From IMG/VR virus record IMGVR_UViG_3300016476_001378: DNA of 64,000 bases, one strand, 5' to 3'. The translations under genes and the position numbers were made by a program. The notes beneath the pieces are model-generated. The model was not told the origin of the DNA. It ran no database searches and was given only the letters and a program-made list of their open reading frames with translations. The stretch is from a virus. Its lineage: Duplodnaviria; Caudoviricetes. Within the stretch, counting starts at the first letter, position 1. Each line of letters begins with the position of its first letter. Of the stretch, positions 21,425 to 30,647 are shown piece by piece.

Positions 21425-22102
21425 ATGGAAAGAACCAGACGCATAGAAAAATTGTTCATTCAGTACACTGATGAGTTAAGTGCAAATAGCGAAACTCTAT
21501 TTTATCAAAAAGAGTTTAATACTTATGAGTACTACAATGAAGAGAATCTCAAAGATTGTATTGAAGCAACAATAACAAATTGCTTTGCAGCTGAGAACTA
21601 TTTAGAACAAGGTTATAAATATTTAAACGAATACTTAAAAATTAACAATTCTTTTGCAATTTTTGGAACTGTCAAAGATGACCCAGAGATTAAAAAATGT
21701 GTTGAAATGATTAGAGACATGCTCCTGAGACTAAGAACTTTAAAATCAGAATTAATTAGTCTTTTTATCATGCAAACAAACTCTTTTTCTTACAAGCCAA
21801 CAAAGATTCCAAATGAAACTTTAAATCTCACTTTGTTATTTAATAATAAATATAAAAACCCAAAGACTCCAGAGATAATGGTTGAGTTTGCTGTGCGATC
21901 TTTAGTAAACACTGAAATGTGTTTATCAGCGCTTGATCACATTATTTCTTATTATTTTGACAAGCATAGTAAGCAGATCTTATGGGCTGATGAAGAAGAT
22001 GCTCCAACTTTAGAAATCAATAATTATGAAGAAAGCGCCGAGGCTTTGCTCGACGCTTTCTTAGATTTTAAATTAAATCATTTTGTATTATTGAATATTT
22101 GA
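21425..22102 (+). CDS. Hypothetical helical protein
   Basis: 225-aa ORF; TACAAT 7 nt before ATG. Confidence 0.6.
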   Translation: MERTRRIEKLFIQYTDELSANSETLFYQKEFNTYEYYNEENLKDCIEATITNCFAAENYLEQGYKYLNEYLKINNSFAIFGTVKDDPEIKKCVEMIRDMLLRLRTLKSELISLFIMQTNSFSYKPTKIPNETLNLTLLFNNKYKNPKTPEIMVEFAVRSLVNTEMCLSALDHIISYYFDKHSKQILWADEEDAPTLEINNYEESAEALLDAFLDFKLNHFVLLNI

Positions 22103-22719
22103 TTTCTATTTCTAAAAACAATATTAGCTTCATTTTGCCAAGCATCATTAGCTTGCACTGCAACAATTTCAAAATTATGTTCAGTTAAGAATTTCATCAT
22201 TGTATCAATCATAACTTGATTTTTATAGAGTGCGTTGTATTTAATAGCAACTTCTACAACGCCTTCTTTAATTTTATGAATGTGTTCACCCATGCCTTTA
22301 AGTACATTCAAATCACTGCCCTGGGTGTCACAATGGAAATAATTAATGCATTCAATGCCATGCTCTTCAATAAAAGCATCTAAACGAATAACATCAACTT
22401 CAATCTGATCTGTGATTTCAAAGTGATGTTTTACAGGCCCCCAATTTGTTTCTAACTTATCTGAATATTCAAACAAACTTGAAGCACAATGATCCCCAGA
22501 CTCATGGGAAACATTGAAATTGGCTTTGCCATTAAAGTCACTTACAGCTGTTTTAAACACAAAAACATTTTGTAAATCTTTAGCTTTTTCAACTATCTTC
22601 TCGTATGATTGAGGAACTGGCTCAAAAGCATAAAGAGTTACTCTGTCAGGATAGTCTATGGCATACTGCAATGTAGAACTACCAACATTAGCCCCTACAT
22701 CAAAAATTATATCTTTCAT
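22078..22719 (-). CDS. FkbM family methyltransferase
   Basis: IFDVGANVG, YAFEP, AVSD, V.V.RLD.F, CDTQGSDLNVLKG. Confidence 0.9.
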   Translation of the reverse strand: MKDIIFDVGANVGSSTLQYAIDYPDRVTLYAFEPVPQSYEKIVEKAKDLQNVFVFKTAVSDFNGKANFNVSHESGDHCASSLFEYSDKLETNWGPVKHHFEITDQIEVDVIRLDAFIEEHGIECINYFHCDTQGSDLNVLKGMGEHIHKIKEGVVEVAIKYNALYKNQVMIDTMMKFLTEHNFEIVAVQANDAWQNEANIVFRNRNQIFNNTK

Positions 22720-22760
22720 AATATATGATTGTACATTTTTGATGTAGAAGCTATAGTTTA

Positions 22761-23114
22761 TTATTTAAGTAAAAGAAGATACTTGGTTTTATTTAAGAGA
22801 CCCAACATTTCATCACGAATGTTTAGGAGATCTGTGTCTTCTTTTTTAAGTTCTTTTGGCAAATCATTGGTAAGATAATCAACAAAAACGTCAATCATGT
22901 CAACTGGCTTGCTGTCAAGGTTTTCTAATTTCATCTTCACGCCACCGCTTGGAACAACGATTCCATTCTTGCCTTGAAAAACTTCAACGAATTCATCAAT
23001 AAGGCCGTCAAGACCTTCATAAGCCTCACCGAAAGCCTTATGTTGAGCATAAGATTCTGTTTGCCAGTGGAACATTCTGAACTGGTTTTGCATTGCTAAT
23101 AAAGAGCCGATCAT
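22761..23114 (-). CDS. Ferritin/Dps-like phage protein (DUF5856-like)
   Basis: HWQTESYAQHKAFG.AYE.LD.LIDEFVE..QG...DTDLLNIRDEMLG.LNK.KYLL.LK. Confidence 0.8.
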   Translation of the reverse strand: MIGSLLAMQNQFRMFHWQTESYAQHKAFGEAYEGLDGLIDEFVEVFQGKNGIVVPSGGVKMKLENLDSKPVDMIDVFVDYLTNDLPKELKKEDTDLLNIRDEMLGLLNKTKYLLLLK

Positions 23115-23204
23115 AATTGTAAATACCTTTTTAAAAGTCGCTATATTTAATATTACAATATGTTTCCACTGGACACCTATTTAAAGAACTGTAAAATAAG
23201 AACT

Positions 23205-23444
23205 ATGATGAATGATCAATTATCACCCGGCGAAACCATTGCTCAGATTATCAAACATAGAAAAATGAGCAATGCCAAACTTGCACAAGAATTAGAGATA
23301 AGCTTAAGTAGGCTAAATAACATTCTTACAAACAAAGAGAAACTGGATGAAGAAATGTTTCATGCACTGCAAATAGTTTTAGGGTTTCATCACAGTTATT
23401 GGAAAAGCTTGCAAGATAATTGGAATAACAAAAGGGGCCATTAG
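23205..23444 (+). CDS. HigA-like XRE HTH protein
   Basis: SPGETI....MS...LA..L.IS...LN.IL..K..L..EM...L..VLG....YW..LQ..W; start trimmed to 23205. Confidence 0.8.
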   Translation: MMNDQLSPGETIAQIIKHRKMSNAKLAQELEISLSRLNNILTNKEKLDEEMFHALQIVLGFHHSYWKSLQDNWNNKRGH

Positions 23445-23452
23445 GCCCCTTT
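23431..23452. terminator. Bidirectional terminator at overlapping convergent stops
   Basis: AAAGGGGCC-ATTA-GGCCCCTTT. Confidence 0.65.
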
Positions 23453-23671
23453 ATTTAAAAAGTTTAACTCTTGATAGAGAAATTCTTCTGGATCAATATT
23501 AAAAATCTCTAGTGTATTGTTGTCAAATGTTTCAAAGTTGAAACTATAGTCGTCGTGCACCACTGTTGCTATTTCTTCTTTATCCAACCTGTCAATGATA
23601 GTTTGCAAAGCTTGCTTTAGTGATTCTTTTGACGAAGCTGAAATAAGAGTGTTAAAATGTATTGTATTCAT
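23441..23671 (-). CDS. Small acidic hypothetical protein
   Basis: 76-aa ORF convergent with the HigA-like gene. Confidence 0.55.
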   Translation of the reverse strand: MNTIHFNTLISASSKESLKQALQTIIDRLDKEEIATVVHDDYSFNFETFDNNTLEIFNIDPEEFLYQELNFLNKGA

Positions 23672-23703
23672 GCTATTATAGCAACAGTAGCGCTTTTTTA
23701 AGA

Positions 23704-24015
23704 TTAAATATTGTCTTGAACAAACTTTTGCAGCTTGTCAATAGTTTGATTGCCAGTAATTCTCTTTACTTCCTCACCATTCTTTACAAGAATAAGGGTT
23801 GGAACTGCTGATACACCAAAGTGATCAACAAACTCGCGAGTTTGGTCAACATCAGCTGCTACTACAACAACATCTGTATTCTCTTCAGAGAACTTTTCCA
23901 ATGTTGGCTTTAGTGCCTTGCAAGGGCCACACCAGGTTGCCCAGAAGTCAAGAAGAACAGGCTTCTCAGACTTCAATACTACTTCTTCAAATGTTTCATT
24001 AGTGACTTCTGTCAT
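23704..24015 (-). CDS. trxA: Thioredoxin
   Basis: PVLLDFWATWCGPCK; V.AVPTL. Confidence 0.97.
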   Translation of the reverse strand: MTEVTNETFEEVVLKSEKPVLLDFWATWCGPCKALKPTLEKFSEENTDVVVVAADVDQTREFVDHFGVSAVPTLILVKNGEEVKRITGNQTIDKLQKFVQDNI

Positions 24016-24053
24016 TTTAAATTACCTCGAAGATATTATTGTCTTTTTAAAAT

Positions 24054-24075
24054 AAAAAAGCCCACCGAAGTGGGC
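24054..24075 (-). terminator. Intrinsic terminator
   Basis: GCCCAC-TTCG-GTGGGC followed by TTTTTT on the minus strand. Confidence 0.8.
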
Positions 24076-24080
24076 CTCTT

Positions 24081-24404
24081 TTATTTAATTCTTTTAATTT
24101 TGAAAACTGGCTTTTCTTCTTCAAATTTAAATTGCTCTACATGAGGTTCCATAGCCAAACTATCATCTACTTTATCTTCGTCTGGGTTCGGAACAATTGG
24201 ATTTAAATCTTCGAGCATTTTTAAATAATTCTGCTGATCAATCTCATGCTGATCTGCATCTTCAAAGGAGCGATCTACATTTAAATCTTTGAATTCATTG
24301 GCAATTCTAATAAAGAGGCTCTGAACAGCATCAGCTTGCTTCAATAAACCTTTATCTTCTAAAGAAATAATTATGTTATCTAATTCTGATAAAATTGAGT
24401 CCAT
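24081..24404 (-). CDS. Acidic hypothetical protein with shared N-terminal helical tag
   Basis: MDSILSELDNIIISLEDKGLLKQADAVQSLFIRIA. Confidence 0.7.
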   Translation of the reverse strand: MDSILSELDNIIISLEDKGLLKQADAVQSLFIRIANEFKDLNVDRSFEDADQHEIDQQNYLKMLEDLNPIVPNPDEDKVDDSLAMEPHVEQFKFEEEKPVFKIKRIK

Positions 24405-24414
24405 TGTTTTGTCC

Positions 24415-25149
24415 TTACTTTAATAAACTTGTGACTGAAGGTGAACTCCAGAATTTGCATGACCAGTATTTAGCTGTTGTTTTGTCCTTGGCTCTTGGGT
24501 CTGTATCACAATTGTGGCGAGCTCTGAAATTCTTTCTTCTATTAGGGTCGTCGCGCTTGATACTAAGGTTTGGATCGCCGAATGTTACTTTTACGATGTT
24601 GCCTTTGTCATTTTTGACATAAACTGCAAATTTTTTGGGGCCGCCTGGTGTTCTAAATGGCTTATTAAGTTTTACATTACCCGGCTTCTTTGCAGCAGTT
24701 CTATGTTTCATTGACATTTTAGTAAAATCAACGCCTGGGAAAAGATTATTAAGCAAGGTTTCTTTTACATGCTGCTTGCATTTGCATTTGCTGTCTTTGC
24801 AAACACAGTGCATACCCTTCATTTGGAGAGTACCTTTGCACTCTGGACAATCAATGTTACCTATACCAACTCTATGAAGAAATTCTTCTATTTCATCCTT
24901 CATGTCGATGGTACAATCGCAGTCATCATCACCACAATTACAGAGGCCATCTTCCATGTCCATCTCACCACCACATTCTGGACATTTAACACCTTCTTTT
25001 TCAAGAAGCTTTAAAATCTTGCCAACCATAGGGTCTTCATCAGACGCAATTCTATTCAAAGAAGCGGTGACTATGTCAGCTTCATTATAAAAACCCATTT
25101 CATCTAATTTGTCTGCGATTGCAGCTAAACGAACTGCTATTTGATACAT
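24415..25149 (-). CDS. Tag plus two zinc ribbons plus basic DUF6321-like domain
   Basis: N-terminal tag; two CPEC...C.C repeats; KLNKPFRTPGGPKKFAVYVKN...VKV.FGDP..SIKRDDP.RR.NFRARHNC...YWSC.FW. Confidence 0.8.
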   Translation of the reverse strand: MYQIAVRLAAIADKLDEMGFYNEADIVTASLNRIASDEDPMVGKILKLLEKEGVKCPECGGEMDMEDGLCNCGDDDCDCTIDMKDEIEEFLHRVGIGNIDCPECKGTLQMKGMHCVCKDSKCKCKQHVKETLLNNLFPGVDFTKMSMKHRTAAKKPGNVKLNKPFRTPGGPKKFAVYVKNDKGNIVKVTFGDPNLSIKRDDPNRRKNFRARHNCDTDPRAKDKTTAKYWSCKFWSSPSVTSLLK

Positions 25150-25176
25150 TGTTTGTCTCCAAAACAGAAGATTCTT

Positions 25177-25716
25177 TTATAAATCTTTAGTTAAATCGTT
25201 TATTAAGTCCTGGGCCTCTAAATTAATTTTATTCCAAAGTTTATCTTTTTCTTCACCCTCTGGAAGTCTTTTTGGATAAACTTTTAAGTCTTGGAGTTTT
25301 TGTTCCCAGACATTAGTTAATGTTTCCACCATAGCCTTTTTAATGCGACCACTAGTCTCTGGGCTTAAATGATTATCTTTTTCACCAATGTGTAAGCTAT
25401 CCAATACATACTGCTTACCAATGTATTCAGGTGAATTATCAATCCAAATGTGAATTTGATAACCAGCATTGACAGCTGCTTCTCTTTTCCACTGACTGCC
25501 CGCAAATACAACTTGTATGTCATTTAAATTGTATTCTTCAGAAAAGGTTTTTAGTGTTTGATAAACTTCTGCTTCCCATTTACCAGTTTTGCTTCTGCCT
25601 GTAACAATTATTACATTGTGGCCAGCTTCTTGAATAGTTTTAAAAATCTTGCCAAAGCAATTAAAATCTGCTGTGATTGTGTCATCGTAATCAACGCCAA
25701 AATTTAAAATAGACAT
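25177..25716 (-). CDS. HAD-superfamily (phage-type) hydrolase
   Basis: GVDYDDTIT, IIVTGRS, K, IWIDNSP. Confidence 0.75.
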   Translation of the reverse strand: MSILNFGVDYDDTITADFNCFGKIFKTIQEAGHNVIIVTGRSKTGKWEAEVYQTLKTFSEEYNLNDIQVVFAGSQWKREAAVNAGYQIHIWIDNSPEYIGKQYVLDSLHIGEKDNHLSPETSGRIKKAMVETLTNVWEQKLQDLKVYPKRLPEGEEKDKLWNKINLEAQDLINDLTKDL

Positions 25717-25771
25717 ACTTACCTCTCTAGATTTTGTACAAATTATTAATAATAAAAGGGGGCTTTAATTT

Positions 25772-26656
25772 ATGAGTGAAAAATGGGGCACAGCCTGTGG
25801 TGTTTGGGGCGATATAATTGTTGGTCTTGGACTTTTTCTTGACCGAGTTGGTAAGGGTAACATTTTATATCTTGGCAACAGTGATGAGATTGTTGAATTT
25901 TTAGAATGCCAGCCTTTTATTAATAAAGTTAAAAAATTACCTTTGCCAGAGGAAGAATGGAAGAGGTATTGGATCTACACAGTTTTTAATTATGACTGGC
26001 AAAAAGATCCAGGCTACAGTATTAGGCCTATCGACCCCTTTTTAAGAATGGGTTACAGAAGTAGCGAAGTAGAAATCACTCATCTACACTATGATGTTTG
26101 TGACCCCAATCATCCAATGTATCAATGGCATGGGGTTAAGCTGCCCCAACACATTGAAGACTGGGCGGATGAAGAAGCCAAGAAGCTACCAGAGAATTTT
26201 TATTTATTTCAGCCCTATAGCTTCAACAGCAACAATCCCCACGATCACTGGCCTATCTGGCCTGAATTATGTAATGCCATTACCACAAGAACTAATAAGA
26301 AGCTGGTATTAATAGGACACAAATGGTATCCAGAGATTGAAAGAAGATCATCAGTGATGTTCAAATCTCCTATGATAGCTGATTACTATAGTAATGTGCC
26401 CAGCATGATGCACATTTTTGCACTTGCAAAAAGATCTGTTGGTGTAATTACAACAAGTAATAGTTTAGCCCACTGGTGCCAAATTGCTGACATACCTTGT
26501 ACGGTAATTTGCAATAGAAAAAGTTCAAGGCCAGACTATATCTTTAGAAGAGTATTAGTCTGGCCCACTTTAAAATTAGTCAACTTTGACGATGATCTAG
26601 AGACTGCTTATAATGCTGTTGGAGAAGGTGTTTTCTCTGCAGAAAAATTTATTTAG
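25772..26656 (+). CDS. GT9 (heptosyltransferase)-like glycosyltransferase
   Basis: GVWGDII, FQPYS.....W..W.EL, LVLIG, VITTSNSLAH...IADIP.TVI. Confidence 0.6.
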   Translation: MSEKWGTACGVWGDIIVGLGLFLDRVGKGNILYLGNSDEIVEFLECQPFINKVKKLPLPEEEWKRYWIYTVFNYDWQKDPGYSIRPIDPFLRMGYRSSEVEITHLHYDVCDPNHPMYQWHGVKLPQHIEDWADEEAKKLPENFYLFQPYSFNSNNPHDHWPIWPELCNAITTRTNKKLVLIGHKWYPEIERRSSVMFKSPMIADYYSNVPSMMHIFALAKRSVGVITTSNSLAHWCQIADIPCTVICNRKSSRPDYIFRRVLVWPTLKLVNFDDDLETAYNAVGEGVFSAEKFI

Positions 26657-27527
26657 AGGCTTCTCTATTTAAGAAACAGCTTCTGTGGTCTGCATTATGG
26701 AGAAGTTCTGCTTCTTTTGTCTTAGGCTCAACAGGCACTCCCCATTCTCTCCTGCCATGGTGTGAGAGAATCAAATGCAAAATGTGTTCTCTCTTATCTT
26801 GTGGAAAATCAGGAATTTTGACAATTTCTTCATGGACCCAAAAAGCACTTGAACAGAGATGGGGAATCAGTTTGCCGCTTTCTGAGATAACATAATCATA
26901 ATTGTCATTGACTTGAATTTCATCAATCTTGCCAATGTCATGCAACAAGGCTGCTGCTATAAGAACATCATAATCAAGTTTATCATAGATCTTTAAATCA
27001 TGCCTGATAAACTTACATACTTCAACTGTGTGGTCTAAGAGACCATGGGTATAAGCATGATGAATGCCTTTTGCTGCTGGCCACATGACAAATTTCTCTC
27101 TTAAGCGGCCTTGGGAACCTAAAAGATTAGCAACCATCAATTGAATAGAAGTATCTGTAATGGTCTCAATAAGTTTATCAAGTGTGGCTACCAATTCTGG
27201 ATAAGGCCTGGATGCTATTTGAAAATAAGGAGATAAATCTTCTGGTGGTGATACTATGTCAACGCTTTGTGCCTTGACATTTACCATGCCCTTAAAAGAC
27301 TCAACCTTGCCCTTGATTCTGACAAACTTATTCTTTTCTAAATCAGTTACAATGTTTTTGCATGCTGCTTCTGGAAAATCAAATAGCATAACAGACATTT
27401 CACCGCTCAGATCTTTGATTATAAGCTTGACCCAATTATTGCCATTGTTATTCTTGTGCTCATAAAAAGAGACGAAAGAAATCATGTCCACTGCATTACC
27501 AGGGGCTAAATCGGCTATACGAACCAT
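26649..27527 (-). CDS. yhaM: YhaM/Cbf1-like 3'-5' exoribonuclease (OB fold plus HD)
   Basis: L...D.SG OB fold; PAAKGIHHAY.HGLLDHT; ALLHDIGK; HLILSHHG..EWG.PV.PKT.EA.LLH.AD. Confidence 0.9.
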   Translation of the reverse strand: MVRIADLAPGNAVDMISFVSFYEHKNNNGNNWVKLIIKDLSGEMSVMLFDFPEAACKNIVTDLEKNKFVRIKGKVESFKGMVNVKAQSVDIVSPPEDLSPYFQIASRPYPELVATLDKLIETITDTSIQLMVANLLGSQGRLREKFVMWPAAKGIHHAYTHGLLDHTVEVCKFIRHDLKIYDKLDYDVLIAAALLHDIGKIDEIQVNDNYDYVISESGKLIPHLCSSAFWVHEEIVKIPDFPQDKREHILHLILSHHGRREWGVPVEPKTKEAELLHNADHRSCFLNREASK

Positions 27528-27540
27528 TTATAGATACTTC

Positions 27541-28023
27541 CTATTTTGTTGTTAATTTCATATTATTATAGGTTGTATATTTAGAAATGAGTATTCCGTC
27601 AAGATGATTAATTTCATGCTGAATAACTCTTGAAGCCAGGCCATGATAGCGTTCTTCAAATTCATTGCCGTATTCGTCTTGGGCATGAACATCAATCCAT
27701 TTGGGGCGAGAAATATTAACAGTTAAACCTGGTAGCGATAAGCAACCTTCCCAGTCTTCTGCAAATTCTTTGGAATGATCATAGATAATAGGATTGACTA
27801 AGATTTTAGGAGGCTTAGGGTATTCCTTGGCAGTTTCTATTGGCATGAATGCTATCATGCGTTTTAATTCTCCAACCTGAGGGGCGGCGATGCCCACACC
27901 ATTGTGCTGGAACATTAAAACTGTCATGTCTTCTGATAATTCCAACAAGCTAAAATCAAAATCAGTCACAGTTTTAGCTACTTTAGATAAAATGGGGTCT
28001 GGTGAATAAACAATAGTCCTCAT
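27541..28023 (-). CDS. def: Peptide deformylase
   Basis: GVGIAAPQVG, EGCLSLPG, QHEINHLDG. Confidence 0.96.
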   Translation of the reverse strand: MRTIVYSPDPILSKVAKTVTDFDFSLLELSEDMTVLMFQHNGVGIAAPQVGELKRMIAFMPIETAKEYPKPPKILVNPIIYDHSKEFAEDWEGCLSLPGLTVNISRPKWIDVHAQDEYGNEFEERYHGLASRVIQHEINHLDGILISKYTTYNNMKLTTK

Positions 28024-28058
28024 AGAATCTTTTTTATAACTCTGTGAGGACTTTCCTG

Positions 28059-28601
28059 TTAAATGGTAATGCCTTGCAATTCTATTTTTTGCTTCATAAG
28101 CTTTTCAGCCTTTTTACAAATAGAACTTACATTTTGATGAGAACATCCAAGGATTTGTGAAATCTCTGCTGTTGAATAACCCTCAATGTATTTCATAACA
28201 ATTATTTCTTTTTGTTTATCTGTTAATGTATTAAGCGCAACCGATAAAATCTGTCTTAATTCAATACTAAGATAATCAAAATCTTCAAAAGCACAATTTG
28301 ACAAGTCTTCCAAATCAATTCTTGTATTGTTATAAGTTTTTACGTGAGCAGGATAATAGATAATTCCAGTTTCTTTGGTAGAAAATTTTCTTACATGGGA
28401 AAGAATCATATTAAAAACATGGGTTGATAATTTTGCGCCCCTATTTTTATCATAAGATCTTACAGCATCTATAATGCCTATTTTTGCTACTTGGTATAAA
28501 TCATCAAACTCATTTCTGCCAGAGTATTGACGGGCAATTTTCTTAGCCATGTTATCAAATTGGACAAGTGCTTCTTTTTCAGCTACATTATTCATTTGCA
28601 T
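28059..28601 (-). CDS. Sigma-70 family RNA polymerase sigma factor (regions 2 and 4 only)
   Basis: DDLYQVAKIGIIDAVRSYD..RGAKLSTH (region 2); LT.KQKEII.MKY.EGYS..EISQILGCS.QNVS (region 4). Confidence 0.9.
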   Translation of the reverse strand: MQMNNVAEKEALVQFDNMAKKIARQYSGRNEFDDLYQVAKIGIIDAVRSYDKNRGAKLSTHVFNMILSHVRKFSTKETGIIYYPAHVKTYNNTRIDLEDLSNCAFEDFDYLSIELRQILSVALNTLTDKQKEIIVMKYIEGYSTAEISQILGCSHQNVSSICKKAEKLMKQKIELQGITI

Positions 28602-29175
28602 AAACCTCTTTGTTTTTTCTTGATTGGTTTTTCCAAATTTCTAAATCAAATTCTGCCATGTCTCTGTTTGATCTTTTTACATAATCTAAAAAGATCTTTT
28701 CAATATTTAAATACATTTTGATTGAAGAAGGAGTAGATTTTGGCACATTTATCCCTAACTCTTGTCTAATAAAATTAAGAATGTGCGTATCTAAAATGGC
28801 ATAATTTTGATTAGGTCTTGTATGGACAATAAAAAACCTACTTGTCTTAGGGCCTATACCATGGAAAGCTTCTAGCTCATCAGTTGAACATGTTTTTAAA
28901 TCTATACCTGATTTGGCTAGTTGGGAAAAAGTGGTTAGGAGTTTTTTATATTGTCCTATCTTAGAAGATTGAAGATTATCTAATAATGAACCTTCTTCAA
29001 GCATAAGATTAATTTTTTGAAAAGGAGAACCATTTGATTTATAAGATAAAAATGTTTCTAAATGCTTAGCCTGTATGTATGCTGTTTTACCTGCCACACA
29101 AGCGCAAAATAAAATAAGCTCTTCAAGCTCATCCTGAGTTCTGTTGTAATTTGTAATATTGTAAGGGTCTACCAT
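28588..29175 (-). CDS. HhH DNA glycosylase-like protein
   Basis: LEAFHGIGPKTSRFF...AILDTHIL...Y..IE..F...DL.IW; start trimmed to MVDPY. Confidence 0.75.
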   Translation of the reverse strand: MVDPYNITNYNRTQDELEELILFCACVAGKTAYIQAKHLETFLSYKSNGSPFQKINLMLEEGSLLDNLQSSKIGQYKKLLTTFSQLAKSGIDLKTCSTDELEAFHGIGPKTSRFFIVHTRPNQNYAILDTHILNFIRQELGINVPKSTPSSIKMYLNIEKIFLDYVKRSNRDMAEFDLEIWKNQSRKNKEVYANE

Positions 29176-29247
29176 GTTATTATTATGGTGCATCGACAGG
29201 TTTATAAGATTATTTTTTATAATGACTCTTATAGGAGGGTGATTCAA

Positions 29248-29631
29248 ATGAACAAAATCGCTAAATCAGTTAAGCCAGACGAAATGGAAGGTGGACACAA
29301 GTCCCCACCTAAAGGATACCCACAAAAGGAAAGCAAGTATGCTGATCCTGTGAACTTTAAGTACCCTATTGACACAGAGAAACACGCTCGCGCAGCTTGG
29401 GCGTACATTCACCAAAAGAGAAACAAGAGCAAGTATTCTACAGAGGAATTTAATTACATCTGCGGAAGAATTAAAGCAGCATTAAAGAAATTTAAAGTTG
29501 AAATTGAAGAAGAACAAAAGAAGAAAGCAAGCATCTTAGAGGGCTTGCACAGAACAGCTTCAAGATTAGAAGATCTTGGTATGTTTAAAGAAGCTGAAGT
29601 TCTCAATGACACTTTTGATAAGTTAATTTAA
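29248..29631 (+). CDS. Basic DUF6582-like domain plus C-terminal helical tag
   Basis: GGAGG SD; YADPVNFKYPIDTEKHARAAW.Y...RIKAA.KKF.VEI; C-terminal ILEGLHRTASRLEDLGMFKEAEVLNDTFDKLI. Confidence 0.75.
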   Translation: MNKIAKSVKPDEMEGGHKSPPKGYPQKESKYADPVNFKYPIDTEKHARAAWAYIHQKRNKSKYSTEEFNYICGRIKAALKKFKVEIEEEQKKKASILEGLHRTASRLEDLGMFKEAEVLNDTFDKLI

Positions 29632-29640
29632 GAGGGTAAT

Positions 29641-30018
29641 ATGAAACAAGTAGTCAGTAGCATTTGTGAAACTATAAATGAACTAGAAAGTAAGAACCTT
29701 TTTAAAGAGTCTGATACACTTAGGGGCATTCTAGTAAAACTTGTTACTGCAGACTTGCGTGATTGGTTTCAAGAAAAGTGGGTTGATGTCCGCCGAAAGA
29801 AAAAAGATGGCGGATATCATCCTTGTGGCAGAGGAGACATAAGTAAAGGCAAAAAGCCAGTATGCACCCCTGCTAATAAAGCTAAAAATCTTTCAAAAAA
29901 AGAACGAACTCAAAGAATGAAAGAAAAAGCTAGAAAAGAACGCGAACCAAATCCAGACAAAAAACCTAATGTAACACAATATTCAGAAGGTGCTGGTGGT
30001 AAATCCAATATATCTTAA
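29641..30018 (+). CDS. Tag plus basic Cys-containing phage domain
   Basis: N-terminal tag, then LRDWFQEKWVDV...PCGR...PVC.PA.KA..LSK.E. Confidence 0.75.
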   Translation: MKQVVSSICETINELESKNLFKESDTLRGILVKLVTADLRDWFQEKWVDVRRKKKDGGYHPCGRGDISKGKKPVCTPANKAKNLSKKERTQRMKEKARKEREPNPDKKPNVTQYSEGAGGKSNIS

Positions 30019-30040
30019 GGGGCCAAATTGGCCCCTTTTT
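30017..30040. terminator. Bidirectional terminator
   Basis: AAGGGGCCAA-A-TTGGCCCCTT between convergent genes. Confidence 0.75.
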
Positions 30041-30647
30041 AAATTAAAAATTCAGAATCTTCTATTTCTGACAGATTATCAAAGAAGTAATCTATAGAAT
30101 CCTGTCCATCAACAAGCATCATGGGTTGATAATGTGGTAAAGTTTTTAGGGCCCATTCTTTATTTTCTAAATGTTGTTTAATAAAAGTTTCAGCCCAAGC
30201 TTTATTCTTAAAAAACCGCATAGAATTTCCCTGATAAAAAGCGCTCATTGTCATGTTAGTACTACCATCCATGCAAATTGGGCTTTTTCTTTTATCTGGA
30301 TCTACTTTTACCATACCTTTCCAATGCCAGAAAGATCTTGTTTTAGAACTATTGGGGCCTGCAGATGTGAGTACAATGGAACTATTTTTAACTTTAGAAA
30401 ATAATTCTTTAATTTGAGGCTTGGCATACACACCTACTGCCTGTGTGTAGTCTAGCAACAGAGATTGTTTATAACCTTTACTATCTAACTCAGCTATTAT
30501 GTTAAAAGCCTCTGGAAGAGTAAATCCAAAGCTGCTAATAAATGAATCAGATGGTATGGCCAAAGTCTCTAAGAATCTTTCTTTTGCAATTTTGCCATCT
30601 TCTGGCAAAAAGTAATTATCTTCTTTTGCGTTACTAATTGTTATCAT
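30039..30647 (-). CDS. Phospholipase D-like (single HKD-type) protein
   Basis: SSFGFT, LLLD.TQ, HWKGMVKVD, DGSTNMT.SA..Q.N. Confidence 0.6.
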   Translation of the reverse strand: MITISNAKEDNYFLPEDGKIAKERFLETLAIPSDSFISSFGFTLPEAFNIIAELDSKGYKQSLLLDYTQAVGVYAKPQIKELFSKVKNSSIVLTSAGPNSSKTRSFWHWKGMVKVDPDKRKSPICMDGSTNMTMSAFYQGNSMRFFKNKAWAETFIKQHLENKEWALKTLPHYQPMMLVDGQDSIDYFFDNLSEIEDSEFLI

